From positions 19,177 through 83,176 of the forward strand of contig UQLO01000005.1 in assembly GCA_900541865.1 (NCBI GenBank): 64,000 bases of DNA, in the 5' to 3' direction. This document shows, piece after piece, positions 1 through 8,932 of this stretch. How positions within the stretch are numbered: position 1 is the stretch's first letter; the number at the start of each line of letters is the position of its first letter. The notes under the pieces were generated by a model. It did not search any database. It saw only the letters and a list, made by a program, of their open reading frames with translations, and had not been told where the DNA came from. The translations under genes were made by a program, and so were the position numbers. This DNA comes from an uncultured Porphyromonadaceae bacterium. Its GTDB lineage: Bacteria; Bacteroidota; Bacteroidia; Bacteroidales; Muribaculaceae.

Positions 1-806
1 GAGGCCGCGAGCGCTCGCGACCCGTCGACAGTATTCTGCGCGAAGTGCGCGACCTCGCCGCCAGAGGCTACCGCGAAGTGACTCTGCTGGGTCAGAATGT
101 CAACAGTTACCTCTGCGAAGGCACCGACTTTGCGGCTCTGCTGAAGGCGGTGGCCGATGCCGTGCCCGACATGCGCGTGCGGTTCACCACCTCGCATCCC
201 AAGGATATGTCCGACGCCATTATAGCCGCAATGGCTTCGCGCGCCAATATCTGCCGACATATCCACCTGCCGGTGCAGAGCGGCAGCAATGCCGTCCTCA
301 AGGCCATGAACCGCAAATATACCCGCGAATGGTACCTCGAACGCATCGCCGCTATACGAAAAGCTATGCCCGACTGCGGAATATCAACCGACCTCTTCAC
401 CGGATTCCATGGCGAAACCGAAGACGACTTTCAGCAGACCCTCTCGCTGATGCGGGAGGTCGGTTTCGACTCTTCCTTTATGTTCAAGTACTCCGAGCGG
501 CCCGGCACCCTCGCGGCAAGAACTATGCCCGACAATATTCCGGAAGACGTTAAAATAGAGCGCCTTAATCGTATGATTGCCCTTCAGGGCGAGCTTTCCG
601 CGCAGTCCAACCGGCGCGACGAGGGCCGCGTCTTCGAAGTGCTGGTCGAAGGCGTTTCCAAGCGAAGCACAGACCGTATGGTCGGACGCACCGGACAGAA
701 CAAAGCCGCCGTATTCGACCGCCGTAACGCCAAGGTGGGCCAGACGGTGCGCGTCAAAGTGGTCGGCTCAAGCCCCGCGACATTGCTGTGTGAGTTGGTT
801 GAGTGA
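1..806 (+). CDS. miaB: tRNA methylthiotransferase MiaB-like, 5'-truncated by the window edge (radical-SAM C-terminal part plus TRAM domain)
   Basis: The frame is open from position 3. Translation reads ...RPVDSILREVRDLAARGYREVTLLGQNVNSY...HLPVQSGSNAVLKAMNRKYTREWYLERI...FTGFHGETEDDF and ends in a TRAM-like GQTVRVKVVGSS segment. These are typical of MiaB/RimO-family methylthiotransferases. Confidence 0.7.
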   Translation, partial: GRERSRPVDSILREVRDLAARGYREVTLLGQNVNSYLCEGTDFAALLKAVADAVPDMRVRFTTSHPKDMSDAIIAAMASRANICRHIHLPVQSGSNAVLKAMNRKYTREWYLERIAAIRKAMPDCGISTDLFTGFHGETEDDFQQTLSLMREVGFDSSFMFKYSERPGTLAARTMPDNIPEDVKIERLNRMIALQGELSAQSNRRDEGRVFEVLVEGVSKRSTDRMVGRTGQNKAAVFDRRNAKVGQTVRVKVVGSSPATLLCELVE

Positions 807-829
807 TGTTTAACTTTGTTTAACATTGA

Positions 830-866
830 TTTGCGCTTGTTAAGTGGCCTATTATGGTTAACTTTG
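830..866 (+). promoter_or_regulatory. Candidate Bacteroidota sigma-A promoter (TTTG ... TAACTTTG) upstream of the 905 gene
   Basis: TTTG at 830-833 and a TAnnTTTG -7 box at 859-866. A second TAACTTTG lies at 811-818. The spacing is slightly long. Confidence 0.3.
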
Positions 867-904
867 CGCATTGGCAGTGTAGCAACCCATAAAAAATCAA
901 GCAT

Positions 905-1660
905 ATGAAAAGTTACTATATAATCGACGGTACGGGCAAGCAGCTCGGGCCGTTTCCCGGAGAGACTCTCAGGCAGCACGGTCTGCACGACAAGATGTAC
1001 GTGTGGTGCGAGGGTATGGGCTCCAATTGGATGCAGGCATGCGATGTTGAGGAGCTCAAGCCTTTGCTTGCTCCGCAGGCCGCTCCTATGTCGCAGGCTC
1101 CGGAAAAGAAATTTGAAGAAAAGAAAGCCGATGCAACTCAGCTGATCAACCCGCAGCCGGCCGCTCAGAATCCCGCCATGGGCGCTCAGGCAGCCGCAGG
1201 GCCCCAGCCCGGCGCTTTCGGCCAGCGTCAGCCCGGTCAGTTCGGCGCCGCCCAGCCTCAGCAGCCGCGGCCTCAGCAAGCCTACGGCCAGCAGCCCTAT
1301 GGCCAGCAAGCCTACGGCCAGCAGCCATACGGCGCTCAGCAGCCCTACGGCGCTCAGCCTCAGTACGGCGCTCAGCAGCCGCAGTATGGCCCCCAGCAGC
1401 CCGTCGGAGACATGACAAAGCCCGACAACTACTTGGTCTGGGCCATTCTGGTGACGGTGCTCTGCTGCCTGCCCTGCGGCATCGTGTCCATCATCTTCTC
1501 GACCAAGGTTGACCCCGCGTGGACGCAGGGCAACTACGAGGAAGCCAAGAAGAACTCCGACAACGCCAAGCTTTGGGCTTTGATTGGCGCCGGCGCAGGC
1601 CTGGTGGTGGTAGTAGTCTACTTACTGTACTTTGCCGCCATGATGTCGGCTGCATTCTGA
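905..1660 (+). CDS. CD225/dispanin-family membrane protein with a GYF-like (DUF4339-type) N-terminal domain and a Gln/Pro/Tyr-rich repeat linker
   Basis: N-terminus MKSYYIIDGTGKQLGPFPGETL...MYVWCEGMGSNWMQA. The middle carries (QQPYG/QQAYG)n repeats. The C-terminus NYLVWAILVTVLCCLPCGIVSIIFSTKV...NSDNAKLWALIGAGAGLVVVVVY is the CD225 two-helix signature. Confidence 0.65.
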   Translation: MKSYYIIDGTGKQLGPFPGETLRQHGLHDKMYVWCEGMGSNWMQACDVEELKPLLAPQAAPMSQAPEKKFEEKKADATQLINPQPAAQNPAMGAQAAAGPQPGAFGQRQPGQFGAAQPQQPRPQQAYGQQPYGQQAYGQQPYGAQQPYGAQPQYGAQQPQYGPQQPVGDMTKPDNYLVWAILVTVLCCLPCGIVSIIFSTKVDPAWTQGNYEEAKKNSDNAKLWALIGAGAGLVVVVVYLLYFAAMMSAAF

Positions 1661-1662
1661 CA

Positions 1663-2040
1663 TTGAAGAAAACCGCACTTATAGTACTTGCCGCGGCCGC
1701 GCTCACTGCGCTGGCTGCGGCATATTTTTATTTCAATCCCGAGGACGAGCTGCTGGCCCCAAAATGTCCCTTCAAACTCCTCACCGGCCTGTCGTGCCCA
1801 TCCTGCGGCGGCCAGCGCGCCTTCCACGCCGCCCTCCACGGCCGCTTCGCCGACGCCATTGCCTACAATCCCTTCCTCCTAATCGGCCTTCCTTACCTTG
1901 CCGCTGCAGTCGTAGCGTCGGCCACACACGGCGCAGTAGCGCGCTGGACCCGGGCGCACCTCCTCAACCGCACCATGATGCTTCTATACGTCGCCCTATA
2001 CTGCATATGGTGGGTCGTCCGAAACCTCCTCGCCGTCTGA
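1663..2040 (+). CDS. DUF2752-family small membrane protein (CPxCGG motif)
   Basis: LKKTALIVLAAAALTALAAAYFYF...CPFKLLTGLSCPSCGGQRAFHAAL. A TTG at 1663 is the probable start, but the start is uncertain. Confidence 0.5.
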   Translation: MKKTALIVLAAAALTALAAAYFYFNPEDELLAPKCPFKLLTGLSCPSCGGQRAFHAALHGRFADAIAYNPFLLIGLPYLAAAVVASATHGAVARWTRAHLLNRTMMLLYVALYCIWWVVRNLLAV

Positions 2041-2112
2041 CTGAACAAAAAAACATCAAATAGTTGCCAAGATAGGAAACTTTTATTACCTTTGCGCATC
2101 TAAGCAAACATA

Positions 2113-2541
2113 ATGGCAGACAGATTTGATGAAATGGGTTCTCTTTTCCTCCGGCGAAGAAAAGAACTGGGTCTCACTCAGGAGCAACTGGGTGAAAAGA
2201 TTGGTGTGACCAAATCGGAAATATCCAAAATTGAAAACGGGCGGCCGATAACTTTTTCAACCATCAACAAACTCTCCGAAGCACTCCGAGTGACGGCATT
2301 AGTCGACCTTCAGACCAACGTAGATGCTTCGCTTGATGTCATCCATTACATCGTGATGAGCCTCGGGGCATTTGCGCGAAAGTTCAAGCTTACAAAAAAG
2401 GAAGCCTGCAACTACCTTGTGCGTTTCAAGGGAATCGAATTCTCTATTCGCAATTATGAGGCCGAGCATCAGCTTTCCCTTCAGGAATGCGTCGACGATA
2501 TGGCTGCTGTTTGTCGGAGAAACGGAGGTGCAGTGCAATGA
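2113..2541 (+). CDS. XRE-family helix-turn-helix transcriptional regulator
   Basis: LRRRKELGLTQEQLGEKIGVTKSEISKIENGRP is a canonical Cro/CI HTH. The stop overlaps the next start (ATGA). Confidence 0.7.
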   Translation: MADRFDEMGSLFLRRRKELGLTQEQLGEKIGVTKSEISKIENGRPITFSTINKLSEALRVTALVDLQTNVDASLDVIHYIVMSLGAFARKFKLTKKEACNYLVRFKGIEFSIRNYEAEHQLSLQECVDDMAAVCRRNGGAVQ

Positions 2542-3011
2542 GACTTTTTCATGGTTCCAACCAGCCGATAGAGGCCATAGACCTGGCCAAGGGCAGAAAG
2601 TTCAAGGATTTCGGCCGGGGGTTCTACACAACCCATCTGAGAGAGCAGGCGGAATTTTGGGCCGTTAGAATCGCCGAGCGTTATGGTGGAGTCCCTGCTG
2701 TGAGCGAATTTGAATTTAACCTGAAGGCGGCCTTGGAGGCCGGGCTGAAAGTTAAAGTGTTCGATTCGCCAGATAAGGAGTGGGCATTGTTTGTGATGGC
2801 CAACCGGCGGCAGAATGGCGAGGAATTCAATCATGATTTCGACATCGTAATCGGCCCGGTGGCCGACGACAGGATGGCCCGTCTCTTTGGCCTTTACGAT
2901 ATGGAGATTATCGAGCTCGATGCTGTTGTTGCCGGTTTGACTTACAAAGATCTCAACTCGCAGTATTTCTTTGCTACCGAAGAATCTCTCAAATACCTCG
3001 TGCGCATATGA
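2538..3011 (+). CDS. DUF3990 domain protein
   Basis: MRLFHGSNQPIEAIDLAKGRKFKDFGRGFYTTHLREQAEFWA matches the DUF3990 signature (HGS...DFGxGFY). ATG at 2538. Confidence 0.65.
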   Translation: MRLFHGSNQPIEAIDLAKGRKFKDFGRGFYTTHLREQAEFWAVRIAERYGGVPAVSEFEFNLKAALEAGLKVKVFDSPDKEWALFVMANRRQNGEEFNHDFDIVIGPVADDRMARLFGLYDMEIIELDAVVAGLTYKDLNSQYFFATEESLKYLVRI

Positions 3012-3250
3012 AAGAGCAAGACAATAATTTCGATTTTTTGGTTGAATACATCTCCGCGCGTTTGGCGGAATGGCTGATGCGCGACAAAAATGTAGGTATA
3101 GAAGAGGCTCTGCTTTTGATTCATAACTCCGAAACCTTCGAAAAACTGTGCGAAAGAGATACCGGACTCTACATTGAGAGCCCGGCCTTTGTCTATGGCA
3201 TTCTGAAAGAAGAATTCCGCAAGGGCACCATCCGCGGCCTCACGGAATAA
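3008..3250 (+). CDS. DUF3791 domain protein (usual partner of DUF3990)
   Basis: 80 aa, MKEQDNNFDFLVEYISARLAEW.... The start ATG overlaps the DUF3990 stop (ATGA). Size and context fit DUF3791. Confidence 0.5.
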   Translation: MKEQDNNFDFLVEYISARLAEWLMRDKNVGIEEALLLIHNSETFEKLCERDTGLYIESPAFVYGILKEEFRKGTIRGLTE

Positions 3251-3257
3251 TTCCCCC

Positions 3258-3818
3258 TTATTTCCGGAGGTGGTCCATCAGCTCCCAGGCGAACATGCGT
3301 TCGCCGACCTGACGGAAGCCTGCACTGTCGTAGAGTCGCCGGGCGCGAAGGTTGCTCTTGTCGCATAGCAGCCCCAAGGGCTTGCCTGCCATGTGCGACC
3401 GCTCCGACATGGCCTCTATAAGCGTGCGGGCTATGCCGCGGCCCCGGTACTGAGGCAACACCGAAAGGCTGTCGAGATAGTATTCGTCGGAGTCGCACTC
3501 GTCGGGCATCTTGCCGTCCATATCGCGGTCCAGAACCAACTTTACTTCTTCGAAGAATGCTTTGCGGAGCTCATGGAGGCGGCCGCCGTCGTAGGCTACT
3601 ATAACTCCGGCAGCCGAGCCGTCGTCGTCGACGGCCTTCAGCGCGTTGAGGTAGGAATACTGCGAGTCGGTGCGCGCCGCAAGACGGCTGAACAGGCGCA
3701 CTACGTCGTCGACGGTATGCTCGCCGGCAAATTCACGGGCCAACTCCGGTCCGATCGCATCGACTACGGCCTCTCCTATAAGGCGTGCATCGTCTATGGT
3801 GGCTGCTACTATTTTCAT
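3258..3818 (-). CDS. GNAT-family N-acetyltransferase
   Basis: MKIVAATIDDARLIGEAVVDAI...QYRGRGIARTLIEAM...RRLYDSAGF contains the acetyl-CoA binding motif Q/RxxGxG/A. The listed longer ORF would run into the tRNA terminator, so the MKIV start is preferred. Confidence 0.7.
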   Translation of the reverse strand: MKIVAATIDDARLIGEAVVDAIGPELAREFAGEHTVDDVVRLFSRLAARTDSQYSYLNALKAVDDDGSAAGVIVAYDGGRLHELRKAFFEEVKLVLDRDMDGKMPDECDSDEYYLDSLSVLPQYRGRGIARTLIEAMSERSHMAGKPLGLLCDKSNLRARRLYDSAGFRQVGERMFAWELMDHLRK

Positions 3819-3840
3819 GATAAAGAGATTGGAGTATAAC

Positions 3841-3869
3841 AAAAAAAGTGGAGAAAAACTCTCCACTTT
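3841..3869 (-). terminator. Rho-independent terminator downstream of tRNA-Gln
   Basis: Stem GTGGAGA/TCTCCAC with a 6-nt loop, followed on the minus strand by a T7 run. Confidence 0.6.
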
Positions 3870-3873
3870 AAAG

Positions 3874-3944
3874 TTGCCTTGGAAAGATTCGAACTCTCAC
3901 AGGCGGAACCAGAATCCGACGTGCTACCATTACACCACAAGGCA
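3874..3944 (-). tRNA. tRNA-Gln (anticodon CTG), CCA not encoded
   Basis: Manual fold. Acceptor stem TGCCTTG/CAAGGCA (7 bp), D-arm GTGT..GCAC, anticodon loop TTCTGGT, T-arm GAGAG-TTCGAAT-CTTTC, discriminator A. Confidence 0.65.
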
Positions 3945-4180
3945 ATATGTTTTGCTCGGCTTGCGGAGCGGCGGGGCTCCCTTGCTTTTGCGAGTGCAAA
4001 GTTAGGGCGAATTTTCGAAGCGTGCAAATTTTTACGCCACTTTTTTTAGAGAAAATGCAAACAGATGTGTTTTTCTTCCCGTTTGGCGAATAAATTGGCC
4101 GTTAAGGCTCCGAAAAGCAGCCCTGCTCCAAGCCGTACAATATGCGGCAGGGAGCAGGGTATGCTGAGAAGGCAAAAAAA

Positions 4181-4408
4181 TCAGCCGAACATATTGCCGA
4201 TTTTGCCCTTGATTTCGTCGATGACGCTTTCTTTGACGCCGTCGCCGTCGAGGTCGCCTATAAGGCCGGCGCCTTTCACTTTCTCTATAATCTCGGTGAT
4301 GGAGAGGTTCTGATGATCCTCGCCTTTGATGAGCTCGGTGACCTTCGATACGTCGAAGGAGTTGCCGAACTTCGATGTCAGTTCAGTCAGTATGCTCTGA
4401 ATGTCCAT
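4181..4408 (-). CDS. Small acidic hypothetical protein (75 aa)
   Basis: Clean ORF, co-directional with and 21 bp downstream of the DUF4332 gene. No recognisable motif. Confidence 0.4.
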   Translation of the reverse strand: MDIQSILTELTSKFGNSFDVSKVTELIKGEDHQNLSITEIIEKVKGAGLIGDLDGDGVKESVIDEIKGKIGNMFG

Positions 4409-4429
4409 ATCGGTCGGGTTTTAGGGGTG

Positions 4430-4837
4430 TTAGTAGGTTATTGCGGGTTCGAGTGTTTTGGCCTGCTCGATCATCGCGCTTATTTCTTTTTCGGAGGGTA
4501 CTCGGCCGCACAAGTGCTTCTGCTCGTTGACCTTCTCCAACGAAGCGTGGAGGTTGGCCGCAACGCGGTGGCGAAGTTCCTTGACGGTGTCCACGCCCGA
4601 AGCCTCCAGCAGTTCTGCAAACTGACCGGCCACTCCCTTTATGCGGAACAAATCAGCATGGTTGGCCCATTTGAGAAGCAGAGCTTCGCTGATGCCGCTG
4701 TCCTGCGACAGGCTTTGGCGTCCACGCGGGGTGGCGCAGCGAGCAAGCAGTTCTTCGGTGGTGCGGATCCCGACGGCATTGAGTCGCTCGGCGTAGTGGG
4801 CGCCGATGCCCTCTATTTCTTCTATTCGATATGCCAT
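4430..4837 (-). CDS. DUF4332 (helix-hairpin-helix-like) domain protein
   Basis: MAYRIEEIEGIGAHYAERLNAVGIRTTEELL...FRIKGVAGQFAELLEASGVDTVKEL shows two tandem HhH-like repeats typical of DUF4332. Confidence 0.55.
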   Translation of the reverse strand: MAYRIEEIEGIGAHYAERLNAVGIRTTEELLARCATPRGRQSLSQDSGISEALLLKWANHADLFRIKGVAGQFAELLEASGVDTVKELRHRVAANLHASLEKVNEQKHLCGRVPSEKEISAMIEQAKTLEPAITY

Positions 4838-4925
4838 AATCGTTTACATTAAGTGAAACTATGTGGTTGTATGTTTATAACATTCCGCCTTAATCGCCCG
4901 GTTCATCCGTTAACAATTATTGTCG

Positions 4926-4964
4926 AAAAAAAGCGGCCCCGGACTGAGGTCCGGAGCCGCTTTT
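4926..4964 (-). terminator. Rho-independent terminator (GC-rich 12-bp stem, A/T-flanked, usable in both directions)
   Basis: GCGGCCCCGGAC-TGAG-GTCCGGAGCCGC with a T-run on the minus strand. Downstream of the 4986-6518 gene. Confidence 0.55.
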
Positions 4965-4985
4965 CGGGGTAAGGCTGAATCAGTT

Positions 4986-6518
4986 TCAGCGCACTTCTTT
5001 GCGAACTGTCACGGTGCCGTTGGCGCGGGTTGAGCGCACAAGGTAAACGGCTCCCGGGGCCGGAGTGTCGACGCGGGCGCCCGTGAGAGTGTAGTAGACT
5101 TGCTCAACAACCGGAGATGTAGCCACGATGCTTTCGATGCCGGCCAGGGGGTTGGTGACGATTTCGGAGTAGGTCGTCTCGGTGGCATTGCGGTAGCCGC
5201 AGCGCACGCCAACGGTGGCGTAGGGCTCGAGCACAACAAGCAGCACGCCGCCGTCGCCGGTGTGCATAATGGTGAAGTCGTTGGAGTAAGTGGCCGGTAC
5301 GTCGGTCATGGTCTGGTCGACGAAGTCGTTTTCGGGAGTGAAGGTGTGGAGCTCGCCGTTGTAGTACACGTTGTAGAAGAGTTTGGACGTATCCAGAGGA
5401 CGTCCCTCGGTGTCGGTGGAGGGCATCATGAAGTATACCACGCCCATGCCGTCGTTGTCGTCCCACTCGATGTCGAAGCTGTCGGGAGCCGGGGGCGTCT
5501 GAACGACGTTGGCCATCGGCACAAACTCCATGTCGGAGAATACCGACGAAGGATTGAGCTTCTCCGTGCCGATGTTGACGCAAAGCACGTCGCTGCTGAC
5601 CAGGCTTTCGCCATTGCGGCTAAAGCTGATTTTGTTCTTCTCGGTGAGGCCTTCGGCCAGGTTGCCCTCTGCTCCCACAGCAAAGGTGTAGAAGCCGATG
5701 TAGTTGCCCATGTACTGCGGAAGGTCAAACTCCCAGCCGGCCTCGGTTACGGTGCCTTTCACCCACGCTTCCGGGATCCAGCGGTTCAGGCCCTGCAGCC
5801 ACACTTCGTCGCCGGCAAAGCCCACTTCCATCTGGGCGTGAACCTCGGCGTTTTCGTTGTTGATGTAGTTGAACTCGTAGATTTCGGTCGAGGTGAACTC
5901 TGGTGCCGTCTGAGGCGTTTCGGTCCAGGGCTTGATGGTATTGCCCTTTTCGCCGTAGGTCAGGAAGCCGCCGTTCTGGTTTATGGCGCCTACCATGCCC
6001 GTCAGGCGTGCAACCTGCTCGTTTTCGATACCTTCGGTGGAGGGAAGAATCTGGGTGAGCACACCGTCGATCCAGCGCATGGTCATGTTGCAGTTTTCCG
6101 GTACCATCTCCATGGTGATGGTGCCGTTTTCGTCCAGTACGGGTGTGAGGGCGGCCAGATACCAGGTGTAGGCCTTGTCCTGATATATTTTCTGCGGGAA
6201 AGCAAAGATCACGTCGCCGTTGTCCTGAACGGTGCCGTGAATCCAGCTGCCGGTTTTCTTCTCCAGAAGGAAGTTCTCCAGATAGACGTCGTTGCCGTCG
6301 ACAACCATGTGGCGCTCCACGCCGTAGTTGCCCGTGATGGTGGCCGGATTCTGGTTGTTGTAGAGCAGCCAGGAAATCTGGCTCGAGCAGTAGGTCTGGG
6401 TCAGTTCGCCCGCGGGCTGCTCGGTAATCATCTCTGTGGGCCACTGGTAGTCGGCCGGCAGAGCCCATGCGGCAGCTGCGGTTGTCAGCGCGCACAGTGT
6501 TGCGTAGAAGTTTTTCAT
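4986..6518 (-). CDS. Secreted hypothetical protein with a T9SS (Por) C-terminal sorting domain
   Basis: N-terminal signal peptide MKNFYATLCALTTAAAAWA. The C-terminus ...VYYTLTGARVDTPAPGAVYLVRSTRANGTVTVRKEVR resembles a T9SS type-A CTD. Confidence 0.6.
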   Translation of the reverse strand: MKNFYATLCALTTAAAAWALPADYQWPTEMITEQPAGELTQTYCSSQISWLLYNNQNPATITGNYGVERHMVVDGNDVYLENFLLEKKTGSWIHGTVQDNGDVIFAFPQKIYQDKAYTWYLAALTPVLDENGTITMEMVPENCNMTMRWIDGVLTQILPSTEGIENEQVARLTGMVGAINQNGGFLTYGEKGNTIKPWTETPQTAPEFTSTEIYEFNYINNENAEVHAQMEVGFAGDEVWLQGLNRWIPEAWVKGTVTEAGWEFDLPQYMGNYIGFYTFAVGAEGNLAEGLTEKNKISFSRNGESLVSSDVLCVNIGTEKLNPSSVFSDMEFVPMANVVQTPPAPDSFDIEWDDNDGMGVVYFMMPSTDTEGRPLDTSKLFYNVYYNGELHTFTPENDFVDQTMTDVPATYSNDFTIMHTGDGGVLLVVLEPYATVGVRCGYRNATETTYSEIVTNPLAGIESIVATSPVVEQVYYTLTGARVDTPAPGAVYLVRSTRANGTVTVRKEVR

Positions 6519-6542
6519 ACTTTTTTGGTTAAAGTGTGTATT

Positions 6543-6980
6543 CTATTCCTCGTCGTCGAGGTTGTCAAGGTCAAAGTCAAAGTCGGAGTCGAAGTCCCAG
6601 CCGCTGCCCGCGTCCTCGGTGAAGCGGCTCAGCTCGCGGCCCTCGCGTTTGGTGGGGCGCCCGAGGCCCTTGGCGCGGTCCACGAAGCCCGATATTTTCA
6701 CTACCTCGAGCAGATCGAGCTCGGAGCGGGGCGTAACGTTGCGGCAGTAGTCCGGCACGAGCTTGGCGCCAAGTCGGTTCGCTGTCAGGGCAAGCACTTC
6801 GAAGGAGAAGGTCACCGGCGGCTTGCGCACGCGGATGATGTCGCCCACGTCGATCATGCGCGACGGCTTCACCGGCATGGTGTCGCCCACGCCCACGCGG
6901 CCCTTCTTGCACGCCTCCGTGGCGATGGTTCGCGTTTTGAAGATTCGCATGGCCCACAGCCATTTGTCGATGCGTACCAT
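6543..6980 (-). CDS. RNA-binding S4-domain protein (Hsp15/HslR-like) with an acidic DFD-repeat tail
   Basis: MVRIDKWLWAMRIFKTRTIATEACKKGRV...IIRVRK is an S4 fold. The C-terminus is SGWDFDSDFDFDLDNLDDEE. Confidence 0.65.
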   Translation of the reverse strand: MVRIDKWLWAMRIFKTRTIATEACKKGRVGVGDTMPVKPSRMIDVGDIIRVRKPPVTFSFEVLALTANRLGAKLVPDYCRNVTPRSELDLLEVVKISGFVDRAKGLGRPTKREGRELSRFTEDAGSGWDFDSDFDFDLDNLDDEE

Positions 6981-6986
6981 GCCGAA

Positions 6987-7550
6987 TTATTTATTGTTGA
7001 ATTTACACATCGCCGTGCCCAGTCCGGCAAGCACAGTCTCGCGGATGGCCTCCACGGCCACGTCGATACGCTCCGGAAGCGCCGCGGCCTGCTCCGGCGG
7101 AAACTCGCCCAGCACGTAGTCTATCTGGCAGCCGCGCGGAAAGTCGCCGCCTATGCCGAAGCGCAGCCGCGGATAGCCGTTTGTGCCGAGCATGGCGGCT
7201 ATGTTCTTCAGACCATTGTGGCCGGCGTCGCTGCCGCCGTTGCGCATGCGGATGGCCCCGAAGGGCAGCGCGATGTCGTCGACGACAACAAGTATATTTC
7301 CGATTTCGATGCCTTCTTTGTCGGCCCAGTAGCGCACGGCGTTGCCGCTCAGATTCATGTAGGTAGATGGCTTCAGGAGCACCACCTGCTGGTTCTTGAT
7401 GCGCCCGGTGCCCACATCGCCGTAGCGCTGGGTGGACATAGAAATATTGGACGCCTTGGCGAAGGCGTCCAATATCATAAATCCTATATTGTGGCGTGTG
7501 CGGGCATACTCGTCGCCGATATTGCCCAGACCCACAATGAGATGTTTCAT
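6987..7550 (-). CDS. pth: Peptidyl-tRNA hydrolase
   Basis: MKHLIVGLGNIGDEYARTRHNIGF...HNGLKNI are canonical Pth motifs. Confidence 0.9.
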   Translation of the reverse strand: MKHLIVGLGNIGDEYARTRHNIGFMILDAFAKASNISMSTQRYGDVGTGRIKNQQVVLLKPSTYMNLSGNAVRYWADKEGIEIGNILVVVDDIALPFGAIRMRNGGSDAGHNGLKNIAAMLGTNGYPRLRFGIGGDFPRGCQIDYVLGEFPPEQAAALPERIDVAVEAIRETVLAGLGTAMCKFNNK

Positions 7551-7564
7551 CGGCTGTCGTCAGT

Positions 7565-8146
7565 TTACTTGCCGGCGGCGGCAGCAGCGGCGGCACCACG
7601 GGCGGCGCGGGTCAGCTGCACGGCGCATACTACGGCGTTCTTGGCGTTCACCAGCTCGAAGCCGTCGTAGTGCAGGTCGCCTACGGCGAGGCTCTTGCCA
7701 AGACCCAGGTTGTCCACGTTGATGACAACACGCTCGGGAACGGCGGTGTAGGGAGCTTTTACTTTGAGCTTCTTCATCGACAGGGTCAGCTTACCACCGG
7801 CCTTGACGCCTTCGGCGTGGCCTTCGAGCTTGACGGGTACCTCGATTACTACGGGCTTGGTATCGTTTACCTCAAGGAGGTCGATGTGCAGGATGGTGTC
7901 CTTGACGGGGTGGAACTGGATGTCCTTCAGCACGGCCATGCGGGTCTTGCCTTCTACCTCGAGCTCGATGGCGAATACATCGGGGGTGTAGACGAGCTTG
8001 CGAACTGCGTCGTTGTCGACCACAAGGTGCTCGGCGGTGGCGTTGCTGTTGAGGACTACGGGAATCTTACCCTCGGCGCGAAGCGCCTTGGTGGCTTTCT
8101 TGCCCAGACCCGTACGGGGGGCGGCTGTAAGTTTGAAAACTTGCAT
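7565..8146 (-). CDS. rplY: 50S ribosomal protein L25 / general stress protein Ctc
   Basis: MQVFKLTAAPRTGLGKKATKALRAEGKIPVVL plus the conserved S4-pth-rplY arrangement. Confidence 0.85.
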   Translation of the reverse strand: MQVFKLTAAPRTGLGKKATKALRAEGKIPVVLNSNATAEHLVVDNDAVRKLVYTPDVFAIELEVEGKTRMAVLKDIQFHPVKDTILHIDLLEVNDTKPVVIEVPVKLEGHAEGVKAGGKLTLSMKKLKVKAPYTAVPERVVINVDNLGLGKSLAVGDLHYDGFELVNAKNAVVCAVQLTRAARGAAAAAAAGK

Positions 8147-8396
8147 TGTAGTTAATTGTTTGTGTTACTAAAAATTAAGTGCTCCTTAATTTCCCATCAC
8201 ACGGGATGCGCGGCGACTCCCTCGCGGGGCGCCCGCTAAAAAGCACTGCAAAGTTAAGCATTTCCTCCCACTCTCGCAAACATTCGCGCCCCGATTTCCA
8301 GTTTTTTTATTCCGCGCCCTCAAAAAAATGACAAAATGTCAACATCTGCGCACCCCGTCTATAGGTCGAGAAAAGTGTGCCGCGCAACGCCGCCGA

Positions 8397-8722
8397 GCTC
8401 TTTCGCATACGATATGGAGCGACGGCTTCAGCCGCCTCCGACCAGCTCTTTCGCAGGCGATATGGAGTGACGGCTTCAGCCGTCACGGCCCCGCCTCCAC
8501 CGCCCGGCCCCCGCCGACCCGCGCCGTCACCGCCTCGCCTCGCCGCCCTCCGGATTCCCGCAAAAAGTTACCTTCGCCCGGCCGCCACGGATTTCAGATT
8601 CCATATCGTCTGCGCAAACCATTGAGGTACAACTCCGTAGGAGTTGAATAAAGTTGCCAAGGGTGATAACCCCCGGACATATTAATCGCCAAATAATCAG
8701 CGACCCTGTAGGGGTCGACCCT
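8397..8722 (+). repeat. Direct repeat copy A (~325 bp) carrying two tandem 48-bp hairpin units, followed by a conserved ~200 bp hairpin-rich segment
   Basis: Unit ctctttcgcaggcgatatggag(c/t)gacggcttcagccgtc... holds the palindrome GACGGCT-TCA-GCCGTC. The remainder is about 85% identical to 10472-10795 (shared aactccgtaggagttgaataaag, gggtga(t/c)aacccc, atcagcgaccctgtaggggtcga). Confidence 0.8.
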
Positions 8723-8932
8723 TCGCGAATGGACGGGGGGCGCTGTTATTGTATGGGGCGGCATACCCGGGGCTGTCGCCCCGGGCTACATTCTTGAACC
8801 CTTACAGGGTTCTTTTTCATTAGTTTAGGTTGCTTTTTGAGGCGAATTCCGCCGGGGTTCTCGATTTGGAAACTGCAGAAAAAAAATCACCGCATCGGCG
8901 GATGCGGTGACTCTGAAGCGTTGTATGCGTGG

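Noticed and set aside
5100-7670. 856-aa plus-strand ORF
   Set aside because: It runs antisense across four well-supported minus-strand genes (the T9SS protein, S4, pth, rplY). It is low-complexity Gly/Val/Ala-rich, as expected from high-GC antisense frames.
8328-8651. ORFs 8328-8651 and 8377-8625 (+) and 10311-10640 (-) with periodic peptide repeats
   Set aside because: They lie entirely within the 48-bp tandem DNA repeats. The periodicity is a translation artefact of the repeats, and there is no start context.
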